Shown here: piece by piece, positions 8,869 through 16,183 of the stretch
How the letters are laid out: every line of letters starts with the position of its first letter
Numbering within the stretch: position 1 is the stretch's first letter
From: Candidatus Adlerbacteria bacterium
GTDB taxonomy: Bacteria; Patescibacteriota; Minisyncoccia; Phycocordibacterales; SBAW01
Direction of reading: 5' to 3'
NCBI GenBank assembly: GCA_043784925.1
Contig: JAYVXU010000028.1
Span: 1 to 42,328 of the forward strand
DNA: 42,328 nucleotides
Translations under genes and position numbers: made by a program
Notes under the pieces: model-generated
What the model saw: the letters and a program-made list of their open reading frames with translations, nothing else
Told to the model about the DNA's origin: nothing
Database searches by the model: none

Positions 8869-9041
8869 TGGGTGATCGAAGTCAGGCAAACTGCTTTGCC
8901 TGCGGTGGGACGAAAAAGGCGCAGGCATATTTTTTCAGTAGAAAAAATGCCGAGCCAGGGTCGTGAAAATTTGCACTCGATAGTGTGATGAGGCATCATC
9001 TGCAGTAAAATTATTCCTGACCGAGTCCCATCGATCACCCA
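8869..9041 (+). repeat. Structured palindromic element bounded by inverted and direct copies of a tRNA(His)-like 3' end
   Basis: Right arm CGAGTCCCATCGATCACCCA (9022-9041) reads as T-loop, T-stem, acceptor strand and C73. Left arm TGGGTGATCGA...TGGGAC is its reverse complement. Internal hairpins include ATTTTTTC-AGTA-GAAAAAAT. Confidence 0.65.
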
Positions 9042-9086
9042 AGAAACATTTGTATAAATAAGAGTCGTAGTTTAAGGAGCTTAATG

Positions 9087-9114
9087 TTGATTTTTCTGAT
9101 AACAAGTATATAAT
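9087..9114 (+). promoter_or_regulatory. Sigma70-type promoter of hicBA (probably leaderless)
   Basis: TTGATT-16 nt-TATAAT, with the ATG 6 nt after the -10 box. Confidence 0.6.
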
Positions 9115-9120
9115 CGGGAG

Positions 9121-9369
9121 ATGTCAAATGAGTATGAATATAAAATCGAATACGAAGTAGACAAAGAAACCGGACAGGTTACTGCAACCATCCCAGAACT
9201 CAACCATATCTCATCCTTTGGAGATACTTTTGCTGAAGCAGAAGCTAATGTTCGTGAGGCAGCTCTAGGCTATTTCGAAGTGCTTATGAGCGAAGATAAA
9301 GAAATCCCTAAGCCAGCTTTTCATACAGAGGGGACATATCTTAAGTTCTTTGTTCCAAAAACTGCCTAA
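9121..9369 (+). CDS. hicB: HicB-family antitoxin (short, no obvious DNA-binding domain)
   Basis: ATIPEL...SFGDTFAEAEANVREA...Y...L.....EIPKP, adjacent to hicA. Confidence 0.88.
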   Translation: MSNEYEYKIEYEVDKETGQVTATIPELNHISSFGDTFAEAEANVREAALGYFEVLMSEDKEIPKPAFHTEGTYLKFFVPKTA

Positions 9370-9379
9370 ATTTTATTGT

Positions 9380-9607
9380 ATGGGCAAACTTAGCCGACTG
9401 TCTTCTCGAAAGGTCATCCAAAAACTCAAGAAGGCTGGATTTACTGAAACTCATCAAAGAGGTAGCCATCTTTATCTAAAGAATAAAGATAATACAAAGA
9501 TAGTGACAGTGCCCGTTCATGGGTCAAAAGATATCCCTATCGGAACTCTATATAACATCGTCGTTAGACAAGCAGGTTTATCAGTAGAAGAGTTTAGTAA
9601 CCTATAG
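9380..9607 (+). CDS. hicA: HicA-family mRNA interferase toxin
   Basis: LKKAGF...QRGSH...VTVPVHG..DIPIGTLYNI. Confidence 0.92.
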   Translation: MGKLSRLSSRKVIQKLKKAGFTETHQRGSHLYLKNKDNTKIVTVPVHGSKDIPIGTLYNIVVRQAGLSVEEFSNL

Positions 9608-9835
9608 AACGAGTTTTGTAATTCTTTGATAAAGTGAAACTGCGTCTGGACGATTTTCCATTACCAGCTGGCGGGATCTATTGTCCTGTATGTCATATTG
9701 CCAATACGTCTTTAAGCAAATTACATACCCCTTGCCCGCAGTGTGGTAGAGCACTTTTGCAATTTGGATGGGATTAGAGAATTCCCACAAAAGCAGATTT
9801 AACTCCATTTCATTTTATAACGTTAATATACCTCG

Positions 9836-10792
9836 CTACTGCGCTAAGGAGATGGTTCGGGTGGATTCAGTATTGCTCCATATTCCACGAGTGGTGAGAG
9901 TGAAGGATTGACCTATTGCAGGAGTTAAAAAGTTGAAGGAAACGCCACCACCGCTATCGCTTGGGGTTTGCATCAGCATGTTTCCATTTACCAGTAACTG
10001 CACAGGCTCAAGCGGCGCAAAACTTGAAGCACTAGCCGACATGTGAGAATTCTTGGGTATGTAGTACGTGCTTGGGTTAAGATTTGGATAAAAAGTACCG
10101 ACACCAATGTTCCAGGAAATAGTTTTGCTACTGATGCTGCTAGTAATAGAAAAGGTTTGGGTAGAATGTATAAGAGAGAAGGGGACTAAGTACGGCGCTT
10201 GAGCGCTAAATGACTCTTCTGAATTTGCTGAGAAAGTGTTCACCCCCGTTGGTGTATGAAGAGTGATTTGCTCTAATGGAGCAAAACCATTTCCTGAAAA
10301 GCTTATTGTTTGCCCCGGCAACACATACCAAGTTGAGGGCCAGCCCCAAGGGTAATATGCTACAGGTTGTGAAATGACAAAGGTTGCGGTCGGGGACCCA
10401 GGGAGCCCAGGAAAAACTACATGGTAGGAGCCGGGTGCCACGGCGCTGCCTTCTTGGTTTAATCCATTCCAACTATCTAGGAACAGTGATTGAGGTTGCG
10501 TGCTTGTTGTAGAACCAGTGCTAGGTTGATATACAGTATTTCCACTGTGGTCGGTAATTTGCCACGGGTGGGTCCCGCTCAGAAATAAAGGATTGTGTGT
10601 ATTGTCTGCAAGGCAAAAATGTACCGCGCTACCAGGACTGTAACTAGCTTGCGAGGTTGCAACTACATAGCCTATACCTCCTGTTGTGTTGCAGTAAGTC
10701 GGAACTTCAGCAAAAACGGCGGGAGTCGCGAACAAAAAACTCAAGGATAAGACGCTTGCACTAACCAGAGATTTTAAAAATAAAGTATTCAT
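9836..10792 (-). CDS. Secreted or surface protein with Ig-like beta domains
   Basis: Signal peptide (..TPAVFA-E), a FlgD-Ig-like segment WNGLNQEGSAVAPGSY, and a repeated FAPLE motif. Confidence 0.75.
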   Translation of the reverse strand: MNTLFLKSLVSASVLSLSFLFATPAVFAEVPTYCNTTGGIGYVVATSQASYSPGSAVHFCLADNTHNPLFLSGTHPWQITDHSGNTVYQPSTGSTTSTQPQSLFLDSWNGLNQEGSAVAPGSYHVVFPGLPGSPTATFVISQPVAYYPWGWPSTWYVLPGQTISFSGNGFAPLEQITLHTPTGVNTFSANSEESFSAQAPYLVPFSLIHSTQTFSITSSISSKTISWNIGVGTFYPNLNPSTYYIPKNSHMSASASSFAPLEPVQLLVNGNMLMQTPSDSGGGVSFNFLTPAIGQSFTLTTRGIWSNTESTRTISLAQ

Positions 10793-10831
10793 GGAAGTAG
10801 TATACAGTTCTGCTACTGTGACTTCGATGAA

Positions 10832-11326
10832 CTACCTAAAATCAGTACCCACTATGTTCGAGCCTACAAACTTCTCGAGTTTATCGAGCTGCTGATTGAA
10901 GCCATGCTCCATCCCTTGGACTGCCATACCCGCTTTCGGGCCAGTTTTTTGAATTGCGGCTTTAATTTCGATTTGAGTACGTTCTCCCTCCTCGGTAAAA
11001 ATAATTTCAGTGGTCTGGTCGATGAGAGTTTCTTCCTTTTGCCCCTCCGTCCATGCTTGCGCTGTATAGGCAAGCATTGCATGTGGGTCCACAGTAGTAA
11101 ATTCGGCCAACATAGGCCACAACACTCCTTTGTAAGGACCCATGCCTTCGCCCGCCTCCATAACAATATAAAATTTGCCCCCAACATGCAGGTCAACTTC
11201 ACATTCGAGGATGCTGACATTTTGGGGTCCCCACCATTGTTTTAATTGTTCAGGGTCGGTCCAAACTTGCCATACTTTTTGCATCGGAGCATCGACAGTC
11301 CGAACTAATGTAATTTCTTTTTCCAT
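10832..11326 (-). CDS. SRPBCC/AHSA1-domain protein
   Basis: ITLVRTVDAPMQKVWQVWTDPEQLKQWWGP...DLHVGG...GFNQQLDKL. Start reassigned to the ATG at 11326. Confidence 0.9.
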   Translation of the reverse strand: MEKEITLVRTVDAPMQKVWQVWTDPEQLKQWWGPQNVSILECEVDLHVGGKFYIVMEAGEGMGPYKGVLWPMLAEFTTVDPHAMLAYTAQAWTEGQKEETLIDQTTEIIFTEEGERTQIEIKAAIQKTGPKAGMAVQGMEHGFNQQLDKLEKFVGSNIVGTDFR

Positions 11327-11417
11327 ATAATTTGTTGAAATAATGCTGCACGATCGTACTTTAGTCAACATGACAGACACATGAGTATATAAATAGAGAA
11401 CCTGGTATAGTTCCTCT

Positions 11418-11903
11418 ATGCAATTTGAGGAAGGACGTGAAAAGCAAATTAGGGAAATTTTCAGGTTTAGTGTCTTTCTCAAAGCCGCGAACGCAATCCT
11501 CGAAACTATTGGTGGTGGCCTCCTTCTAAGCGGCTCGCTTATTGGGTGGGTGAGGGGACTTGTGGAGCAACAGATAGCGCAGGATCCGGGGGATTTTGCC
11601 AGCTCTTTTTTACAACATATATTGCCGTATCTCTCTTCCCATGCCCAATTTTTTGCGGCGTGGTATTTGCTGAGTCATGGAGTAATTAAACTCTTTTTAG
11701 CTATAGGGTTGTTGCGTAATCAGTTGTGGGCATACCCTTCGGCAATTGCTGTCTTTGTCTTTTTTGTTGTGTACCAAGTATATCGTTATACCTATACGCA
11801 CTCGCCCCTTCTTTTGTTAATCACTTTCTTTGATGTGCTCGTAATAGGGCTCACGTGGCATGAGTATACTGTAGTGAAAAATGCATCAAAAAAAGTATTA
11901 TAG
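11418..11903 (+). CDS. DUF2127-like membrane protein
   Basis: KAANAILETIGG, YLLSHGVIKL, LWAYP, YQVYRY and LTWHEY motifs; multiple TM helices. Confidence 0.8.
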   Translation: MQFEEGREKQIREIFRFSVFLKAANAILETIGGGLLLSGSLIGWVRGLVEQQIAQDPGDFASSFLQHILPYLSSHAQFFAAWYLLSHGVIKLFLAIGLLRNQLWAYPSAIAVFVFFVVYQVYRYTYTHSPLLLLITFFDVLVIGLTWHEYTVVKNASKKVL

Positions 11904-11956
11904 AGGTATGGTTCATATTCATTAAAAACTCATAGAAGATAAGCATAATAGAGCCT

Positions 11957-12457
11957 ATGAAAAAGATTATATTTGCAGTACTGGCCCTTCCTTTAATTAT
12001 TGTTATTGCGGTCCCACGACTTAGTCAGGCGTATAGAAATGTGGTAACTGCCCCCAATTGGTGTGGTAGCTACTGGTCTTCCCATTCTTGTACTAATCAG
12101 CAAAATAATTATTATGGATACGGACAGTACCCCACCTACTCTATGAATTCGAGTGCATATAATACTCCTATGCAGTATTCGAATAACAATAATTACTACT
12201 CTTCAAACCAGGTATATGCGACTCCGTTTGCGTACACCTACGTAAACCAATATTCAAACCCCTATACTCAAAACCAATATATGTATACAAACCCAACGTA
12301 CTCATACCAAACGCAATCAGCTTCGCCGTATTACGAAACCCAAGGCTATTCTTCCTATAGCTACAACGGTTACGAAAACACGTACTATTCTTACCCACCT
12401 TCTTATTCTTATACAGCAACTCCGTATAATAGTAATAACTATTACTACCAGTACTAA
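11957..12457 (+). CDS. Secreted low-complexity Tyr/Asn/Ser/Gln-rich protein
   Basis: N-terminal signal peptide or TM helix, a Cys pair, then a Y/N/S/Q/T/P-rich tail. Followed by a terminator. Confidence 0.7.
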   Translation: MKKIIFAVLALPLIIVIAVPRLSQAYRNVVTAPNWCGSYWSSHSCTNQQNNYYGYGQYPTYSMNSSAYNTPMQYSNNNNYYSSNQVYATPFAYTYVNQYSNPYTQNQYMYTNPTYSYQTQSASPYYETQGYSSYSYNGYENTYYSYPPSYSYTATPYNSNNYYYQY

Positions 12458-12480
12458 TTCAGAATTTAGACCCGCAACTT

Positions 12481-12508
12481 CAAAAAGAGTGGACAGCCAC
12501 TCTTTTTG
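12481..12508. terminator. Intrinsic terminator
   Basis: CAAAAAGAGTGG-ACAG-CCACTCTTTTTG. Confidence 0.8.
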
Positions 12509-12529
12509 TTTGTGGTGTACAATCATGTC

Positions 12530-12982
12530 ATGGCTAAGCGACAAAAACTACAAGTAGAGGAGTTTGCGCTTGCTGTTACAAGATGGGTAGGCTCTTTACA
12601 GTCTATTTTGCTTCACACTCTGGCTTTTAGTACGAGTTTTGGCGCTGTCTGGCTTGGAATTTTACCTTTTGACCGTATGCTCCTGGTGCTTACCACTATA
12701 CTTTCTCTGGAAGCAATTTATTTGTCTATATTTATTCAAATGACAATTAACATTACGAGCGCCACTATCGAGGAGGTGGGGCAAGATATCGACGAAATCC
12801 AGGAAGATATTGGAGAGATCCAGGAAGATGTGGACGAAATCCAAGAAGACGTTGAAGAAATGACCGAAGACGATAAAGCAGAAGAGGCACTACAAGCGGG
12901 ACAAGATAAAACTCTGAAAGAAATACGCGTCGGCTTGGAGAAGCTCATGGCGGATATAGAAAAATTGCAAAAGCGCCCGTAG
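12530..12982 (+). CDS. DUF1003-like membrane protein with an acidic heptad coiled coil
   Basis: WVGS...LLHT...LVLTTILSLEAIYLSIFIQM, followed by DIDEIQE/DIGEIQE/DVDEIQE repeats. Confidence 0.75.
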   Translation: MAKRQKLQVEEFALAVTRWVGSLQSILLHTLAFSTSFGAVWLGILPFDRMLLVLTTILSLEAIYLSIFIQMTINITSATIEEVGQDIDEIQEDIGEIQEDVDEIQEDVEEMTEDDKAEEALQAGQDKTLKEIRVGLEKLMADIEKLQKRP

Positions 12983-13000
12983 CAGGGTATCGTTATACGT

Positions 13001-13690
13001 ATGTCAGACAAAAAATTTGAGCTTTCTCCATCAGTCTCTATCCTTATTGCAGGAATTATCATCGCGGGCGCGATTATCTTTACCAGCCATGCGGCACCTG
13101 CGCAAAATGGCAATGCAGTTGCTGCCCAAGCTCCTACACCTACAAAACTTGATATTCGTCTCCCTTCAAATAAGGATCACATTATAGGCTCTCCCACCGC
13201 ACCTATTGTCCTTGTAGAATACTCTGACTTTCAATGCCCCTTCTGTTCGATGATCCATCCATCGCTTAAACACATTGTGGAAACCTCAAATGGTCAGATC
13301 GCTTGGGTTTTGCGTGAATTGCCACTGACAACCATACATCCCTTGGCAGAGCCTTCAGCGCACGCTGCTGAGTGTATAGCGGCACAATTGGGGAACGATG
13401 CGTTTTGGAAGTATGCTGACGCCGTATTTAGTAACCAAAAGCAACTTTCTGCAGACTATTCGGCTCAAATCGCTGCACAACTGGGTGCTGACCCTGCAAA
13501 ATTCAGTCAGTGTGTATCTTCTAAACAATATCAAAAACTCATAGACGCAGACAGTACAGAAGGAATGAATAATGGTGCAAACGGTACACCCTACACGGTC
13601 GTTGTCAACACTCAAACTGGCAAGATGCTCCCACTTTCTGGCGCTTTGCCTGAAGCACAGCTCTTGAGTGCGATAAAATCTATTAGATAA
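13001..13690 (+). CDS. DsbA-family thioredoxin-fold oxidoreductase, membrane-anchored
   Basis: EYSDFQCPFC active site, GTP cis-Pro loop and an N-terminal TM helix. Confidence 0.92.
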   Translation: MSDKKFELSPSVSILIAGIIIAGAIIFTSHAAPAQNGNAVAAQAPTPTKLDIRLPSNKDHIIGSPTAPIVLVEYSDFQCPFCSMIHPSLKHIVETSNGQIAWVLRELPLTTIHPLAEPSAHAAECIAAQLGNDAFWKYADAVFSNQKQLSADYSAQIAAQLGADPAKFSQCVSSKQYQKLIDADSTEGMNNGANGTPYTVVVNTQTGKMLPLSGALPEAQLLSAIKSIR

Positions 13691-13709
13691 TTAATAATTC
13701 CGGATGAGG

Positions 13710-13755
13710 GCCGCGTCCAAACGACAGTTACGCGGCTTGATTCTGGCTGAATCAT
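13710..13755 (+). promoter_or_regulatory. Two-hairpin leader element, copy A
   Basis: GCCGCGT..ACGCGGC stem, then TGATTC-TGGCT-GAATCA stem, ending 1 nt before the ATG. Matches 14681-14726. Confidence 0.6.
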
Positions 13756-14577
13756 ATGCCATTTGAAGGAACAACCGGGGAAAAAATGCGCAAAGCGCTA
13801 TTTGTAACTATTATTTTGCTCGCTTGCTTTCTTGCGGTGCAAACACTGCTTGGTTTCCGCGGTCTATCGTATGTGGGCGCGGGGCTAGCCCCATCGAATG
13901 TCCTAAATGTATCCGGACATGGCGAAATATTGGCGGTTCCCGATATTGCTCAGTTTAGTTTTTCAGTACAGTCAACCAAAGCTACAGTGACTGAAGCACA
14001 AGCAGAGGTAACCGCAAAATCAAACGCCATAACTGAATATATAAAAGGTCAAAAAGTAGATACTAAAGATATTCAAACCACTGACTACTCGCTTAACCCC
14101 CAGTACGAATACCAAGAGGTAACTTGCCCCGCTGTCTTAAAGACCGACGCTCCCGTGTACTGCCCACCAGGGAAACAAGTACTTCGAGGTTACCAAGTGA
14201 ACCAGACGACAACTATTAAGATTCATGACACTGCAAAAGCGGGTGACTTGTTGGCAGGGGTAGGGAGTCGCGGTGCTACCAATGTGAGTGGAATTTCCTT
14301 TACTTTTGATGACCCAACTAAAGTGCAGCAGCAAGCGCGGGACAAAGCAATAGAGGACGCTAAACAAAAGGGCGACATGCTCGCCAAATCCCTTGGGGTT
14401 TCGTTAGTGCGAGTTGTTTCTTTTAATGAAAACAACACTGGATATAACCCCCACGCCGTGGCTTTTGGTAGAGCGGTAAATCAGGCTATGGACTCCAAAG
14501 CCCCCGCGGCGCCTGAAGTATCCGTTGGGCAAAATATGGTAAGTGTAGATGTGTCTATTACGTACGAAATTAGGTAA
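13756..14577 (+). CDS. SIMPL/DUF541-domain protein
   Basis: VSGHGEILAVPDIA, DIQTTDYSLNPQY, ARDKAIEDAKQK...LAKSLGV and VSITYEI. Confidence 0.9.
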   Translation: MPFEGTTGEKMRKALFVTIILLACFLAVQTLLGFRGLSYVGAGLAPSNVLNVSGHGEILAVPDIAQFSFSVQSTKATVTEAQAEVTAKSNAITEYIKGQKVDTKDIQTTDYSLNPQYEYQEVTCPAVLKTDAPVYCPPGKQVLRGYQVNQTTTIKIHDTAKAGDLLAGVGSRGATNVSGISFTFDDPTKVQQQARDKAIEDAKQKGDMLAKSLGVSLVRVVSFNENNTGYNPHAVAFGRAVNQAMDSKAPAAPEVSVGQNMVSVDVSITYEIR

Positions 14578-14585
14578 ACGGCTCC

Positions 14586-14614
14586 TTGACTTTGTTTAAA
14601 AGATTGTCTAGTAT
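14586..14614 (+). promoter_or_regulatory. Sigma70 promoter for secE-nusG-rplK
   Basis: TTGACT-17 nt-TAGTAT. Confidence 0.65.
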
Positions 14615-14680
14615 GATGGGGTATAAAGCCCTCCGGGGCTTTTAAAATTGCTAAAAATTACAAGAAAATCAGCTTTTCTG

Positions 14681-14726
14681 GCCGCGTCCAAATGGACGTT
14701 GACGCGGCACGATTTCGCTAAATCGC
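14681..14726 (+). promoter_or_regulatory. Two-hairpin leader element, copy B
   Basis: GCCGCGTC..GACGCGGC stem, then CGATTT-CGCT-AAATCG stem, ending 1 nt before the secE ATG. Confidence 0.6.
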
Positions 14727-14900
14727 ATGATTAATTACTTTAAAGACGTTCGAAGCGAAATGAGACACGTTTCCTGGCCAACTCGCAAGCAAGCGGTTGG
14801 TTATACTGTTGTCGTTATTGTTGTATCACTCGCGACCGCATTCTATCTAGGCATTTTGGATTACATATTTGCAGCAATGATCAAAGCGTTTATTAAATAA
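14727..14900 (+). CDS. secE: Preprotein translocase subunit SecE (57 aa, not in the ORF track)
   Basis: Hand translation gives MINYFKDVRSEMRHVSWPTRKQAVGYTVVVIVVSLATAFYLGILDYIFAAMIKAFIK. Lies directly upstream of nusG. Confidence 0.95.
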   Translation: MINYFKDVRSEMRHVSWPTRKQAVGYTVVVIVVSLATAFYLGILDYIFAAMIKAFIK

Positions 14901-14915
14901 TTTTGACTAATTCAA

Positions 14916-15467
14916 ATGGCAAAACAAGATGCAAGTGTCGGGAGAGCGTGGTACGCGATACACACCTATGCCGGGTACGAAAATGCTGTAGCGCGAAATT
15001 TGCGCCAGCGTATAGAATCTCTAGGACTCCAAGATAAAATTTTTAATGTAATAGTGCCAACAGAGCGTACTGTCAAAATTAAAGGAGGCAAGCGTGTTGA
15101 GGAAGAAGAAAAGGTGTACCCGGGGTACGTGCTTGTAGACATGTCAGTCGACGACCAGTCGTGGTATGTGGTGCGCAATACACCACGAGTGACAGGGTTC
15201 GTAGGTTCTGGCGTGAACCCGGTCCCGCTCCAGCAACACGAAGTAGACACTCTTCTTGGACGTATGGCCGAAACAGAAGGGTCAATCAAGCATGATATTG
15301 ACTTGAGCGTCGGCGACGCGGTCATTATCGTGGATGGGCCGTTTAAAGAGCTCGATGGGAAGGTAGGTGAGGTAGATGAGGCAAGAGGAAAGGTTAAGGT
15401 CTTAGTTTCTATGTTTGGTCGCGAAACTCCAGTTGAGTTGGACTTCCTCCAGATCAAAAGAATTTAA
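14916..15467 (+). CDS. nusG: Transcription termination/antitermination factor NusG
   Basis: WYAIHTYAGYE, YPGYVLV, VRNTPRVTGFVG, a KOW domain and MFGRETPVEL. Confidence 0.98.
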   Translation: MAKQDASVGRAWYAIHTYAGYENAVARNLRQRIESLGLQDKIFNVIVPTERTVKIKGGKRVEEEEKVYPGYVLVDMSVDDQSWYVVRNTPRVTGFVGSGVNPVPLQQHEVDTLLGRMAETEGSIKHDIDLSVGDAVIIVDGPFKELDGKVGEVDEARGKVKVLVSMFGRETPVELDFLQIKRI

Positions 15468-15484
15468 TTGCAAATTAAACATTA

Positions 15485-15568
15485 GTGAAGTAGTATGCGG
15501 AAGCAAATACCCTTGTGGACACTGTAGTCATCAAGGAAACGGTCCAAAAGAGTATTTGCTTCCTTCAC
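15485..15568 (+). promoter_or_regulatory. Long hairpin in the rplK leader
   Basis: Perfect 12-bp stem GGAAGCAAATAC (15499-15510)/GTATTTGCTTCC (15552-15563), plus inner TGGAC/GTCCA and outer GTGAA/TTCAC pairings. Confidence 0.55.
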
Positions 15569-15572
15569 CACG

Positions 15573-15995
15573 ATGGCTAAAAAAATAACGAAAAAAATCA
15601 AAATAATCGCTCCCGCTGGCAAAGCTACGCCGGCGCCTCCTTTGGGCACTACGCTTGGGCCCGCGGGTATCAACATCGGTGAGTTTGTTAAACGTTTTAA
15701 TGAAGCGACTTTGCCGATGATTGGGAACCTTATTCCTTGTATCATCACCATTTATGACGACCGTTCATATGACTTCGTACTCAAGACGCCTCCGGCTTCT
15801 GGGCTCATTATGAAGATGATCAATAAGGAAAAAGGGTCGGGCAAACCAAACACTGCAAAGATAGGTTCAATCACTAAAGCACAACTTCGCGAAATTGCTG
15901 AAAAGAAAATGGTAGACCTTAACTCAAAAGATGTTGAGGGTGCCATGCTCACTATCGCCGGCACTGCAAGGTCTATGGGCGTGGATGTGAAATAA
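15573..15995 (+). CDS. rplK: 50S ribosomal protein L11
   Basis: AGKATPAPPLG, KTPPAS and IAGTARSMG. Confidence 0.98.
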   Translation: MAKKITKKIKIIAPAGKATPAPPLGTTLGPAGINIGEFVKRFNEATLPMIGNLIPCIITIYDDRSYDFVLKTPPASGLIMKMINKEKGSGKPNTAKIGSITKAQLREIAEKKMVDLNSKDVEGAMLTIAGTARSMGVDVK

Positions 15996-16080
15996 TCACA
16001 TCCACGAGCCGGAGGCTGTCGAGCCGAGGCGGGCCCGCGCAACTTTTCAGCAGAAAAGTATGTGGGTGGATGTTAAATAA
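15996..16080 (+). repeat. AGCA-tetraloop palindromic element with arms copied from the rplK 3' end
   Basis: rplK ends GTGGATGTGAAATAA. It is followed by an inverted copy TCACATCCAC, a core containing ACTTTTC-AGCA-GAAAAGT, and a direct copy GTGGATGTTAAATAA (16066-16080). Confidence 0.75.
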
Positions 16081-16127
16081 GGGAAAAATATCATGTGTTA
16101 TAAAACCCCCCAGTTGGGCGATTTTTG

Positions 16128-16156
16128 TTGACAATAAAGTAAATGGGATTTACTGT
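16128..16156 (+). promoter_or_regulatory. Sigma70 promoter
   Basis: TTGACA-17 nt-TACTGT, with SD-like GAAGGAGAGG before the ATG at 16184. Confidence 0.6.
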
Positions 16157-16183
16157 GCTTTAAGAGACGCTGAAGGAGAGGTT

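Noticed and set aside
8869-9041. Intact tRNA-His gene
   Set aside because: No D arm or GTG anticodon arm, and the T-loop is interrupted by about 110 nt.
9602-9808. 68-aa minus-strand ORF
   Set aside because: It could be real, but there is no motif or clear initiation signal to support it.
14578-14726. tRNA-Trp or rpmG expected upstream of secE
   Set aside because: No cloverleaf, TTCGA T-loop or L33-like ORF is visible. Only a promoter and hairpins are present.
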